A model generated the notes under the pieces. The model was not told the origin of the DNA. It saw nothing but the letters and a program-made list of their open reading frames with translations, and searched no databases. Positions 48,658 to 58,978 of a DNA stretch of 64,000 bases are shown one piece after another. Both the position numbers and the translations under genes were made by a program. Source of the stretch: a virus; IMG/VR virus record IMGVR_UViG_3300042429_001107; one strand, 5' to 3'. Every line of letters starts with the position of its first letter. The first letter of the stretch is position 1.

Positions 48658-49490
48658 TGCCATCCAAACAATTTTCTGATATAATAGATAAAGAGAAAGG
48701 TAAAATTGGGCTAGTAATGGGATTAGGTCCTAGCTTAGTACAATCTTCACATTTTATAAAAGAGAAAGAGAAAGACAAGGATAATTTTTCTATTGTTTCT
48801 TGTAACAATATTGATGTTATGTCCGATTTTAAAGTAGATTATTGGATACTTGCACAACCTGCAGATTACTGTAATCCTTTACATATTCCTTTAGCAAAAG
48901 ATAGGTATAATAAAATGGGTGCAACTTTCTTGTATACAGATTGTTTAGATCTTACACCAAGAGAGGAAGTTGAAGAGATGTTAAAAGATATAGATTATAT
49001 TGGATACGATCAAAGACATATTAATTCAGAAAGATGTGGATGGTTAGATGTACACGGCAGACCTCCCTCCTGTTGTAATGGTATTATAGAGGGAAGACTT
49101 TGTATACAGGAGGAATTCCAAAAATACACAGGATCTGAAAATAAATACGGTTCAGGAGATACTGTTGGTGTGCATATGGTTTCTTTAAGTGTTATGTTAG
49201 GATTAAATCCTATTTACATATCTGGTATAGATCTGGATTATACCAACGGATATTTTAACAACGATTTTGAAGGCGAAGAGGGTATTAAAAATCTAGGAAT
49301 GAGATTAGTTGATCGAATAACCATGGGAATGAATAGTATAAATAAATCTCCTGACATAGTAGATAGGATAATAAGTGATTTATCAATAATTAATGAATCC
49401 GCTAAAAAAATAGGTGTTAATATATACAATACATCTAAAGAATCTCGACTTAATGAGGTCTTTGATTATTTTGATATAAGTAAACTTTAA
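48657..49490 (+). CDS. MAF/DUF115-like putative glycosyltransferase
   Basis: GLVMGLGPSL, SCNN, MLGLNPIYISGIDLDY. Confidence 0.7.
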   Translation: MPSKQFSDIIDKEKGKIGLVMGLGPSLVQSSHFIKEKEKDKDNFSIVSCNNIDVMSDFKVDYWILAQPADYCNPLHIPLAKDRYNKMGATFLYTDCLDLTPREEVEEMLKDIDYIGYDQRHINSERCGWLDVHGRPPSCCNGIIEGRLCIQEEFQKYTGSENKYGSGDTVGVHMVSLSVMLGLNPIYISGIDLDYTNGYFNNDFEGEEGIKNLGMRLVDRITMGMNSINKSPDIVDRIISDLSIINESAKKIGVNIYNTSKESRLNEVFDYFDISKL

Positions 49491-50546
49491 ATGTATAAGC
49501 ATCTAATAATTTTTCCACAAAAAAAATGCGAATATAATACATGGTCTAGGCTTAATGCCTTTATCAGTGAGATAAGAGATATGTACGAAAGAATATCGGT
49601 AGTTTTACCAACAAAGGTAGCTACTATAATTTCGGAAGCGGATGATTTTATTTCTTGTAATGATAATTTTTTGGATACAATAAGAGAGAATTATCCACAG
49701 CTTCATCATTGGGAAGAAAAACTAGATGGGCCTTCTATTTTTCACGAAACTGTCATGGGTTATATTAAAAATGATCCTGATCTATTAAGAGCAGAGATTA
49801 TAAGTATTACCCCTTATGAGGTAATATCATTAGAAAATCCTAATAATATTAATTTACTCAACCAAATATATCGGGTTAGTCACGGGGGTTATAGGGATGC
49901 TTTAAGAAGAGACTGGGAGTTTTTAAAAAAATATATTTCCAGTAAGCCATTATTAAATCCATCTCTAGATTCTAAAAAAAAAATGGAGCATAAATTTGAA
50001 TCACATCTTAAAAAAAATAAAAAAAATTATCTCCTAATATCTAGAAGTACTACTTTAAAAAGTGTTGCAAATTATAATACGAAAATACAAATACCTGAAC
50101 TTGAGGATCATATAAGATATTGGACTAATAACGGAATAGGTATTATAAACATCGGGTTCCCCCCTGCTTCTTATGATAATATGAGTGATAGTTATTTAGA
50201 AATTGAAGAGAGCTTATCACACGATGAAGTTTTAGCTATTTCTTCTATCGTTGACGGAACAATAATTAGCGGAAGTGCTGGTGGATATCTAGTTCATATT
50301 TTAGGCAATGTCGATTTATTTATACTAACAGAAGATTGGGGTATAACCTTATCTAAAAGCGGTGAAAAATCAGACGAGGAAAAATACAATCTTATATCAG
50401 TAAGAAAAAACAGGACTGAAGTCAAGACTATAGCTAATTATGAATGGCTTAGGGATGTTAATTTTTCAGGAGATTTTTTATTGTCCCACAATAGTGAAGT
50501 TAAGAAAGATTTTAGTATCACTAAAAATATAAACTATATCCTATGA
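49491..50546 (+). CDS. Hypothetical protein, possibly GT-B glycosyltransferase
   Basis: 351 aa in island; weak GT9-like C-lobe pattern IINIG...IISGSAGGYLVH. Confidence 0.45.
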   Translation: MYKHLIIFPQKKCEYNTWSRLNAFISEIRDMYERISVVLPTKVATIISEADDFISCNDNFLDTIRENYPQLHHWEEKLDGPSIFHETVMGYIKNDPDLLRAEIISITPYEVISLENPNNINLLNQIYRVSHGGYRDALRRDWEFLKKYISSKPLLNPSLDSKKKMEHKFESHLKKNKKNYLLISRSTTLKSVANYNTKIQIPELEDHIRYWTNNGIGIINIGFPPASYDNMSDSYLEIEESLSHDEVLAISSIVDGTIISGSAGGYLVHILGNVDLFILTEDWGITLSKSGEKSDEEKYNLISVRKNRTEVKTIANYEWLRDVNFSGDFLLSHNSEVKKDFSITKNINYIL

Positions 50547-51421
50547 TTTTAGATATATGTGATATAATTAACAAGCATAAAGGAAAATCTGCTTTAGTGA
50601 TAGGTAACGGCCCTAGTTTAACCCCTGAAATAAAAAGAAATTTACACGATCTTAACCCAGAGAGTATAGTTACTTTTGGTATGAACTATTGGTTCGAGTA
50701 TTACAACAAAACACCCGACTATTGGATAATGGCTGAGCCCAGCTTAACTCTACCTAGAGTGATATCAGAGATTAAAAATTTTAACATCCCTGTCTTATAT
50801 CCAGATGTTGTTGATTTAACTCCTCGTAAATTCATAGATGAAAACCAAATAACGTGTTTGCCTTTTGATAGAATGCATTATAATAATCAAGATTGTGGTG
50901 AGAATTTACCTTGGTATGAAAAATTTAAAAATTGGAATGATCCCATAGAACATTATTGTTGTGAAGGGTTTATAAAGGATAGAAAAAGTATACAAGAGGA
51001 ATTTGGTATTTATTGTAATTCTGATAATATAGATTTCCCCTTTAGAAAAAGAAAGCTGTTGGATTTTAATGGTCCTTTAAATGAAATAATATTAAGAACA
51101 TACGGTCCAGGAAGAAGCGTTATTCTTCATGGATTATCATTTGCTACTATGATGGGATGTGATTCAATATATGTGATAGGATTTGACTGGGATTATTCTA
51201 AAGGATATTCAGGACAAATAAACACCAATGATGATTATACTTTATTATCAGATCCTCCTAATTTACTAGGATTTAGCGACGATGTTATGGAAGATCTTAA
51301 TATAATAAAAGAATTGGCTAAAAATATAGGTACTAATATTTACAATCTAAATAAAAACTCGTGGCATAAAATATTAGATTTTTGTGATTACGATGAATTC
51401 TATAATAAAATAAGGGTATGA
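50543..51421 (+). CDS. MAF/DUF115-like putative glycosyltransferase, paralogue of 48657..49490
   Basis: ALVIGNGPSL, DLTPR, IQEEF, MMGCDSIYVIGFDWDY. Confidence 0.7.
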   Translation: MILDICDIINKHKGKSALVIGNGPSLTPEIKRNLHDLNPESIVTFGMNYWFEYYNKTPDYWIMAEPSLTLPRVISEIKNFNIPVLYPDVVDLTPRKFIDENQITCLPFDRMHYNNQDCGENLPWYEKFKNWNDPIEHYCCEGFIKDRKSIQEEFGIYCNSDNIDFPFRKRKLLDFNGPLNEIILRTYGPGRSVILHGLSFATMMGCDSIYVIGFDWDYSKGYSGQINTNDDYTLLSDPPNLLGFSDDVMEDLNIIKELAKNIGTNIYNLNKNSWHKILDFCDYDEFYNKIRV

Positions 51422-52194
51422 GTAATTATCCTGTGTGGGATTCATCTGCAGTAAATCCTGATATTTATATAGAAAAATATACCGATTACGTAAAAACTGC
51501 TGAGCTCCAAGAAATATTAGACGGAAAAACAGTAGCTATAGTTGGACCTTCATTTCATATAAATGGACAAAATCTTGGTAATTATATAGACTCATTTGAT
51601 GTTGTAGTGAGAGTAGGATTTTTAGAAGAACCTACAGAAATAGCTATGAAAGACTACGGTAGTAGAACAGATATAATAATACATTCATTTAACTCATTTG
51701 AAATACCAGTTGCTTACCGAAATACAGGTTACCTTTCTAAGTGTAAGCACATTATATGTGGAATGGTTTCTAGTGATTTTATAGATGACCATGAATCTTT
51801 TTTTGCTTCTTTAAGAGAAATAGGTATTAAAGTACAAAATGTGGAAGATAGCTATTTATATGGATTTTTTAGAAGAGTTGGAACAATATGTAATTTAGGA
51901 ACAGTAGGAATAGAAATTATTCTTAAGTATGAAATTAAATCTCTTTTTGTTACTGGGATAAACTTTTATAACATGGGAAGATACGGTAAGGTATACAATG
52001 AGGAATATTTCGATGTTGTTTCATCTAAGATGGGAATTTACAAGAATGAACTTAACGGAACAGTTAATGGTATTTCAGCAAGATCTGATTTACATTCTCA
52101 GAAACCTCAGATAGAGCATTTTAAATCAGTAGCTAGATCTGACGATAGAGTATTGTTGGATAAATATTTGGAAGATAATTTATTCGTTCCTTGA
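51418..52194 (+). CDS. GT29 sialyltransferase-like protein
   Basis: Sialylmotif-L-like TVAIVGPS...GNYIDSFDVVVRVG...DYGSRTD; LFVTGINFY. Confidence 0.7.
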   Translation: MSNYPVWDSSAVNPDIYIEKYTDYVKTAELQEILDGKTVAIVGPSFHINGQNLGNYIDSFDVVVRVGFLEEPTEIAMKDYGSRTDIIIHSFNSFEIPVAYRNTGYLSKCKHIICGMVSSDFIDDHESFFASLREIGIKVQNVEDSYLYGFFRRVGTICNLGTVGIEIILKYEIKSLFVTGINFYNMGRYGKVYNEEYFDVVSSKMGIYKNELNGTVNGISARSDLHSQKPQIEHFKSVARSDDRVLLDKYLEDNLFVP

Positions 52195-52779
52195 TCCTCC
52201 CCACCATACAAATTCGTAACTGAATTTTGTATTGAAACCTAATTTATTTAGATCATCAATAATTCCGTACATGTATTCTTTTTTAATACCCTTGTTTCTG
52301 TGGAATTGTATTTGTATATTTTGCACAAGGTCTAGACATTTATTTTCTATAAGATAAGGTACTAGATCATATTCATATCCCTCGATATTGATCATTAGAA
52401 CTGCTATTCTTTGATCTTTGATAAAATCCTTTGCGTCTTTGATTAGTATTATCTCTTCACCTTCATTTGATATTGATGATCCATCTTCATCTAGATTTAT
52501 TTTATCCTCTTTATTCTCTAGCCCTAATGCAAAATTGTGCACCTTAATTTTTTCTGGAAATATCACATCCTCTATGAAGCTTTTTATTGGCTCGAATCCT
52601 ATTCCATTACACCCATATTTATTGTACATATCAATAAGCCATTGACCTTTGTATGCACCAACATCTACTATTAGATCATCTGGACATAAATTGTAATTCC
52701 TTAAATGCTTCTGATCTCCTAAATCACCGAACCATCTCTCGATTGTGTTTCTAAATTCGTTATCCTGTTTTGTAATCAT
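52180..52779 (-). CDS. FkbM-family methyltransferase
   Basis: VDVGAYKG, GFEP, LMINIEGYEY, QIQFH. Confidence 0.85.
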   Translation of the reverse strand: MITKQDNEFRNTIERWFGDLGDQKHLRNYNLCPDDLIVDVGAYKGQWLIDMYNKYGCNGIGFEPIKSFIEDVIFPEKIKVHNFALGLENKEDKINLDEDGSSISNEGEEIILIKDAKDFIKDQRIAVLMINIEGYEYDLVPYLIENKCLDLVQNIQIQFHRNKGIKKEYMYGIIDDLNKLGFNTKFSYEFVWWGGSRNE

Positions 52780-53924
52780 AATATAGATTTTTTTATAATT
52801 TTTAAAGCTTCTTTAACCTCTTCGTCTTTTACTGCTAAATTAGGTCTAATCCTAATTGATGTATCCCCTGCTGAATTAACAAGTAATCCGTTGTTTTTAG
52901 ATCTAAGAATAAAAGAATTTCTTTGTTCTTGATTTTCAAAATCAAAAGCTATTAACAGCCCACACGATCTAACATTCATTAGACCCATTTCTTCTAGTCC
53001 TGTGTGTAATTTATATCCTTGTTTTATTGAATTCCCTGTCAGATCTTTCTCTTTGATTGCCTTAATTATATACGTAGATCTAATCATGTCAATTATATCA
53101 CCGTCCCATGTTATGCAATATTTTGACGGATCATTAATTTTTTCTGCTATTCTCTTAGTTGACATAGCTCCCGATACTTGTGACTTTTTTCCGAATATTA
53201 TTATATCCGGAGCATAAGCAGTATTTTGAAAATACCATATTTTTCCTGTGGTACAGAATCCTGTTTGTATCTCATCATAAATAAGAGGTATATCATACTT
53301 ATTTGCTATCGATCTTAGTCCTTTAAAAAATTCTAAAGAGTAATAGATATCTCCATTGGTACATTGAACAGGTTCAAAAAGTATAGCAGCTATATTTTGA
53401 TCCTTTTTAATTGACAATTCAAGATCATCTAAGTCGTTAAATTTAGGCCAAACTTTATCCCCAGGAAATCCGTTTAATCTCTTGTAGCTTGGCCCAGTTC
53501 TACCTGTTACTATATTTCCGTATGAAGTAATACCATGGAAGCTTTTATTATGAGATATAACCTTAGGATTTTTTTTATTTGAATATTCAAATGCCATTTT
53601 TATACCATGCTCTACTGCAAGAGCTCCTGTACATGCAAAATGAGGATTATGAAAAATACCTAAGGAAGTAAATTCCATAAAATCTTTTTCAAATGTCTCC
53701 CTTTCTTCTGATGTGTATTCGCAGTTGGTTATCCTAATACCTGCCCATTTATTAATAGATTCTTTAAAATCATCTCTTTTAAATATATCGTGATTATAGC
53801 CAAGAGGAAGAGAAGAATACATTGACATGAAATCTAAGTATAATCTATCGTCCTCCTTATTATATAGGTAACTATTATTTGATAGTAAGGGGTCTATTTT
53901 TATTTTATAAAAACTGTTTATCAT
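52776..53924 (-). CDS. Class-III PLP aminotransferase, lysine-6-aminotransferase-like
   Basis: YLDF...PLGYNH, TGALAVE, SFHG, EPVQ, DEIQTG, FGKKSQV. Confidence 0.85.
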   Translation of the reverse strand: MINSFYKIKIDPLLSNNSYLYNKEDDRLYLDFMSMYSSLPLGYNHDIFKRDDFKESINKWAGIRITNCEYTSEERETFEKDFMEFTSLGIFHNPHFACTGALAVEHGIKMAFEYSNKKNPKVISHNKSFHGITSYGNIVTGRTGPSYKRLNGFPGDKVWPKFNDLDDLELSIKKDQNIAAILFEPVQCTNGDIYYSLEFFKGLRSIANKYDIPLIYDEIQTGFCTTGKIWYFQNTAYAPDIIIFGKKSQVSGAMSTKRIAEKINDPSKYCITWDGDIIDMIRSTYIIKAIKEKDLTGNSIKQGYKLHTGLEEMGLMNVRSCGLLIAFDFENQEQRNSFILRSKNNGLLVNSAGDTSIRIRPNLAVKDEEVKEALKIIKKSIL

Positions 53925-55039
53925 AGTTTTTTAATATCTCCCGTATATATGTGATCAACGTCTTCTCTTGAAACAGCTAATCTAATAGCTGGTACGTTTC
54001 CAGTTGCTTCTATTCTATGGATTCTGTTTTTTTCTATGAATACCATATCTCCTTCTTTAACTATTTTATTAGCTCCTTCTATTTCAAATATCCATTCGCC
54101 TTTAACAATTAACCACCATTCATTCCAATCCGAATGATAATGTCTTCTGTTACCTTCACCTGGATTTTGACAGATTAGTGTTGCACTATTATTTTCTGAG
54201 TTTACTACTCTTTTACTCCAGGATGATTCTCCCATAGAGTTTATAACGTCGTATAGATTAACTATTTCTTTATTAGAATCGTGCAAATCGTTGTATTCGA
54301 CGCCATCCTTAACTAGAATGCTAGGAACATCATTTTCTTTATGTAAATCTGTAGAGTCCTTCTCAATTTTCTGTATGTGCTCAGCTATCACTTCAGCTAT
54401 ATCAAAATCCTCTTCATTATCGATGTCAACGGTTGAAAATCCTTTTAGTTCGAAAGTGTCCTTTGGATAATCTCCACCGTGATATCCAGCTCCGTGGATT
54501 TTCATATTTTCATTGTATTCTTTTGTAGTCCATGCCATTAATGAACAAGCGTATGCTTTTATCGGCTCTAGTTCTTGTGAAGGAAGTGTTACCCCTATAG
54601 GATCAAAATTAATTGGCTCATTTTTATAAATAGCTTCTATTTGCACGTTCTTTACTGATATTAATGTGTTGATATCACCTATCTTAATTCTCTCTACAAA
54701 TTCTCTAATTTCTTCTGGTGTTATAAAAGGTGATGTAGATAGGATCTGCACTATCACGTCGCATTCTATATTATTTATAAACTCCTGTGTGAAATCGTCA
54801 TTGGTAGCAGAATCGGAGGATAAGTGCTCGGGCCTTTTGTGAAATTTAATACCGCTTTTTTCTGCAATATCTTTAAACACATCTGATTCGGAATTTATAT
54901 AAATCTCGTCGAATACTCCTGCTTCCTTTGCTGCATCTATCGGGTACTGTATTAGTTGTTTTCCTAAGATTTTCCTAAGATTTTTTTTAGGAACTCTCTT
55001 GCTACCCATTCTTGCGGGGATCATTGCTACTATTTTCAT
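53921..55039 (-). CDS. NeuA/KdsB-type cytidylyltransferase fused to C-terminal cupin
   Basis: IPARMGSKRVPKKN, TSPF, VDIDNEEDF; HYHSDWNEWWLIVKG...HRI. Confidence 0.85.
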   Translation of the reverse strand: MKIVAMIPARMGSKRVPKKNLRKILGKQLIQYPIDAAKEAGVFDEIYINSESDVFKDIAEKSGIKFHKRPEHLSSDSATNDDFTQEFINNIECDVIVQILSTSPFITPEEIREFVERIKIGDINTLISVKNVQIEAIYKNEPINFDPIGVTLPSQELEPIKAYACSLMAWTTKEYNENMKIHGAGYHGGDYPKDTFELKGFSTVDIDNEEDFDIAEVIAEHIQKIEKDSTDLHKENDVPSILVKDGVEYNDLHDSNKEIVNLYDVINSMGESSWSKRVVNSENNSATLICQNPGEGNRRHYHSDWNEWWLIVKGEWIFEIEGANKIVKEGDMVFIEKNRIHRIEATGNVPAIRLAVSREDVDHIYTGDIKKL

Positions 55040-55062
55040 ATTTAACTAATTTGTTTTATATA

Positions 55063-55098
55063 TTTTACTTGAAACCTATATGATTATTTCATGTATAA
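55063..55098. promoter_or_regulatory. Overlapping divergent class-2 promoters
   Basis: Plus: GAAAC(55071)-N17-GTATAA. Minus: GAAAT(55090)-N17-GTAAAA(55068-55063). Confidence 0.7.
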
Positions 55099-55114
55099 TA
55101 ATAAAAAAAATGAT

Positions 55115-55744
55115 ATGAACTTAAATAAGCAAGAAGATGAGTACAACTGGAAAAATTACACTCCAGAATATTCCGATCAATTAAGGGGAATGGTTAAAAA
55201 CGATGGTTTTGATTTTTTTGTAAAAAACTATGAAATAATTAACGACAACCCAGTTTTTCATGATAATTTAGTTAGTAACTGGAAAGAAATATACTCTCTT
55301 ATTTATAAAATAAATCCTAAGAGTATTTTTGAATTCGGGTGTGGTGCTTGTTATCATTTAAGAAATATTATGACATTATGCCCAGAGATTAAAGTTTCAG
55401 GAGCTGACTATCTAGGAACACAGATAGAATTCGGTAAAGAATTTATTCCGGAAGGTATGGAATTTCCTAAAAATGTATCCGTTAGAGATTTAACAGAAGA
55501 TGTATCAGATATACCTAAAGCAGAATTAGTCTATTCACAAGCAGTAGTTATGCACTTAAACTCAGAGAAGGCTGTAAAAATGATGCAGAACATGGGTGAG
55601 GTAGCAGAAAAATATATAATAATGGTTGAGGGCGTAAGGAATCACGAGAATTGGTATGAGCTTGTTAATTATGCTTTACCAGATTGGAAAATGACTTTAA
55701 CTAATAATTACATTGATTACGGTATAATATTAGAAAGAAAATGA
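55115..55744 (+). CDS. Class I SAM-dependent methyltransferase
   Basis: IFEFGCGACYHL, GADY, VVMHL; start moved to ATG 55115 because ATG 55091 overlaps the promoter. Confidence 0.75.
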   Translation: MNLNKQEDEYNWKNYTPEYSDQLRGMVKNDGFDFFVKNYEIINDNPVFHDNLVSNWKEIYSLIYKINPKSIFEFGCGACYHLRNIMTLCPEIKVSGADYLGTQIEFGKEFIPEGMEFPKNVSVRDLTEDVSDIPKAELVYSQAVVMHLNSEKAVKMMQNMGEVAEKYIIMVEGVRNHENWYELVNYALPDWKMTLTNNYIDYGIILERK

Positions 55745-56910
55745 AAAATGTAAAATTGGTATCAGACACAATATCAAAAAATGATATAGAAAAACTAGTG
55801 ACATGGATGTCACAAGATGATATACCACAATTAACAAAAGGTCCTTTAACAATAAAATTTCAGAATGACTTCTCTAATTTTTTAGGTGAAGATTTAAGAA
55901 GCTGTTTTATTAATTCGGGATCATCTGCTATTCTTTTATCTCTTCTTGCTCTTAAGATAAAGAACAATATAAAAAAAGTTGTTGTACCTTCAGTTTCTTG
56001 GGCAACAGATTTAAGTAGCCCTATGGTTCTTGGATTAGAAACTATATTATGTGATTGTAACTTACAAGATCTATCATTAGATCTAGACAAATTAGAAAAG
56101 ATCTTTGAAGAAGAAAGTCCAGAGGTTTGTATATTAGTTTCTGTATTAGGATTAGTGCCTGATATGGAGCGTATAATGAGTCTTTGTAAGAAATATAACG
56201 TTATTCTTTTGGAAGATGTTTGCGAGAGCTTAGGATCAAAATATAAAGGTGATTACCTTGGAACTTTTGGTCTTATGTCATTCTTTTCTTTCTATTATGG
56301 TCATCATATAAGTACTATAGAGGGAGGAATGATTACAACAGAAGATAAAAACATGCATGATATTTTAGTTTCTATACGTAATCATGGATGGGATAGAGAT
56401 TGGAGTGAGGATCTAAAAAAAGAATATCGGGAGAAATACGGAATTGATTCTTTTTCTAGCATGTATGCTTTCTATTTTCCTGGACTAAATCTCAGATCTA
56501 CTGATCTTCAAGCATTCCTAGGAATAAATCAGATAGAAAAAATAGAACCTTTTTCCTCAGTTAGGAATAGAAACTTTCTTAAATATTCGGAACTTATAAA
56601 AGAAAACTATTTGAACGTTAATCAGAGAGATGGCGATTTTGTTTCTAATTTCGCTTATCCTGTGGTACACTCAGAAAGAGCTTCAATCATTGCTAAGATT
56701 AAAGAGCATAATATAGAAGTTAGACCTCTTATTGCAGGATCTATGGCTAAGCAACCATTTGCAACGGGGGTTAATAAAAAATACGGAACAGGTAATTCTG
56801 ATATAATTCATGAGAAAGGATTTTATTTACCTAATCACCAAGATTTATCTTTAGAGCAGGTTGAGTTCATTGCATCTTTGGTTAATTCTGAAAAAAATAA
56901 TTTAAAATGA
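55741..56910 (+). CDS. colD: GDP-4-keto-6-deoxy-D-mannose 3-dehydratase (ColD-type DegT/DnrJ enzyme)
   Basis: [29 protein letters not shown] (His where aminotransferases have the Schiff-base Lys), RNHGWDR; adjacent to gmd. Confidence 0.75.
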   Translation: MKNVKLVSDTISKNDIEKLVTWMSQDDIPQLTKGPLTIKFQNDFSNFLGEDLRSCFINSGSSAILLSLLALKIKNNIKKVVVPSVSWATDLSSPMVLGLETILCDCNLQDLSLDLDKLEKIFEEESPEVCILVSVLGLVPDMERIMSLCKKYNVILLEDVCESLGSKYKGDYLGTFGLMSFFSFYYGHHISTIEGGMITTEDKNMHDILVSIRNHGWDRDWSEDLKKEYREKYGIDSFSSMYAFYFPGLNLRSTDLQAFLGINQIEKIEPFSSVRNRNFLKYSELIKENYLNVNQRDGDFVSNFAYPVVHSERASIIAKIKEHNIEVRPLIAGSMAKQPFATGVNKKYGTGNSDIIHEKGFYLPNHQDLSLEQVEFIASLVNSEKNNLK

Positions 56911-57914
56911 AAAAAGCTATAATAACAGGAGTTAACGGGCAAGACGGAAGTTATCTTGCTGAACTCCTTCTCGATAAAGGATATGAAGTACACGGTACTA
57001 TTAGAAGATCCTCATCTTTTAATACATGGAGAATAGATCATATTAGATCTCATGAAAATTTCCATTGGCACTATGCTGATGTTACAGATCCGGTATCTAT
57101 TAGTAACCTTATATCTAGAATAAAGCCAGAAGAATTTTATAATTTAGCTGCTCAAAGCCATGTTAAAATTTCTTTTGAAATTCCTTACTATACAGGACAA
57201 GTTGATGCTATAGGAACACTTAATGTACTTGAAGCAATAAGAACGCATTCGCCAATTACTAAGCTTTATCAAGCATCAACATCAGAACTTTATGGAAAAG
57301 TTCAAGAAATACCACAGAATGAAAATACACCTTTTTATCCAAGAAGCCCTTATGGAGTTGCTAAGCTTTATGGATTTTGGATAATAAAAAACTACAGAGA
57401 AGCATACGACATATTTGCATGCAATGGAATTCTTTTTAATCACACATCGCCAAGAAGAGGAGAAAACTTTATGGAGAAAAAGATTGTAGATTCTCTTGTA
57501 GCTATTCACAAAGGGGGTAAAGAAATTCTTAAGCTTGGGAATCTTGATGCTAAAAGGGATATTGGTCATGCTAAAGAATATGTTGAAGGCATGTGGAGAA
57601 TGCTTCAACAAGAAACCCCCGAAGATTTTGTTCTTGCTACTGGTATGTGTTTTTCTGTAAGAGAAATAGTTGAAACCGTTTATCAAATTTTAGGTAATAA
57701 AATAAGATGGGAAGGGGAAGGACTAGAAGAAAAAGGTTTAGATGTGGAAACTGAAAAAATCGTAGTTTCTATAGACCCTAAATATTTTAGACCTTCGGAG
57801 GTTGATCTACTAATTGGTAATCCTAAAAAAGCTAAAGATATTCTTGGGTGGGAAAGTAATAGCACAATTAGGGGAATTTTAGAAGAGATGGTTAACGAGC
57901 AAATCAAAAAATAA
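56907..57914 (+). CDS. gmd: GDP-mannose 4,6-dehydratase
   Basis: [49 protein letters not shown]. Confidence 0.95.
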   Translation: MKKAIITGVNGQDGSYLAELLLDKGYEVHGTIRRSSSFNTWRIDHIRSHENFHWHYADVTDPVSISNLISRIKPEEFYNLAAQSHVKISFEIPYYTGQVDAIGTLNVLEAIRTHSPITKLYQASTSELYGKVQEIPQNENTPFYPRSPYGVAKLYGFWIIKNYREAYDIFACNGILFNHTSPRRGENFMEKKIVDSLVAIHKGGKEILKLGNLDAKRDIGHAKEYVEGMWRMLQQETPEDFVLATGMCFSVREIVETVYQILGNKIRWEGEGLEEKGLDVETEKIVVSIDPKYFRPSEVDLLIGNPKKAKDILGWESNSTIRGILEEMVNEQIKK

Positions 57915-58501
57915 TGGACTATAAAGGTTTAATTGAAAAAGAAATAGAGTATTTAAGAAAGATACCAACCGAAAGAATTGGCGATATAGTAAGAATAATA
58001 AATTCAAATCTAAAAGGCGGAAGAATAATAACTTCCGGTATGGGAAAGGCAGGACAAGTTGCTAATACCTTTGCAACTACACTCTGCTCTACAGGAACCC
58101 CTTCTTTTTTTCTACATCCTGCAGAAGCTCAACATGGAGATCTTGGTATGATAATGCCAGGAGATATAATTATAGTTTTTAGTAACTCAGGAAAAACTAG
58201 AGAAGTTATAGAGCTTATAGAACTTGTACATTCTTTAGAATATAATAATATTATATTTGGTGTTATAGGAAAAAGAAACCCTCAATTAGATCTAATATTT
58301 GCAGATTATATTGAATTTGGTGAGGTGGAAGAAATATGTCCTCTTGGATTAACACCAACCACTTCAACAACTTGTATGTCAGTTATTTGTGATCTTATGG
58401 TAGTTGGAATAATGGCTAATAAAGAATTTACCAAAGAAGAATACGCAAAATTCCATCATGGCGGATATTTGAATTTAAAGGCTAAAGGAATTTCTAATTA
58501 A
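57914..58501 (+). CDS. kdsD: Arabinose-5-phosphate isomerase (KdsD/KpsF type, SIS only, no CBS)
   Basis: SGMGKAG, STGTPSFFLHPAEAQHGDLG, SNSGKTRE, LTPTTSTT, HHGGYL. Confidence 0.82.
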   Translation: MDYKGLIEKEIEYLRKIPTERIGDIVRIINSNLKGGRIITSGMGKAGQVANTFATTLCSTGTPSFFLHPAEAQHGDLGMIMPGDIIIVFSNSGKTREVIELIELVHSLEYNNIIFGVIGKRNPQLDLIFADYIEFGEVEEICPLGLTPTTSTTCMSVICDLMVVGIMANKEFTKEEYAKFHHGGYLNLKAKGISN

Positions 58502-58519
58502 GATAATTTAATAATAGAA

Positions 58520-58978
58520 ATGAATAAAACGATAGGAATTACTTGCTCTACTTTTGATCTTTTACATACTGGACATATAATTATGCTAGAGGAGTGTAAA
58601 AAATACTGCGATTATTTAATATGCGCAATACAAGTTGATCCCTCATTAGATAGAATTGGAAAAAATAAACCAGTGCAGTCTTTAGTTGAAAGGTACATAC
58701 AATTAGATGCTGTTAAGCATGTTGATAAGATTATACCATACACTAATGAGAAAGAGCTTGAATTAATATTTATGTCATTAGATTTAGACGTTAGAATTAT
58801 AGGTGAAGAATATAAGGATATAGATTTTACAGGTAAGAATATTTGTATAAAAAGAAATATTAAATTAATATACAATAAAAGGGAGCATAATTTTTCTACA
58901 ACTAATTTAAGAAAATCAATATACTTAAATGAATTAAATAAAGAATTAGAAAAAAATAATAAGCCGGATGGAAATTAA
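58520..58978 (+). CDS. Cytidylyl/adenylyltransferase (TagD / HldE-C-terminal-like HxGH family)
   Basis: STFDLLHTGH, KNKPVQSLVER, R.HNFSTT. Confidence 0.85.
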   Translation: MNKTIGITCSTFDLLHTGHIIMLEECKKYCDYLICAIQVDPSLDRIGKNKPVQSLVERYIQLDAVKHVDKIIPYTNEKELELIFMSLDLDVRIIGEEYKDIDFTGKNICIKRNIKLIYNKREHNFSTTNLRKSIYLNELNKELEKNNKPDGN

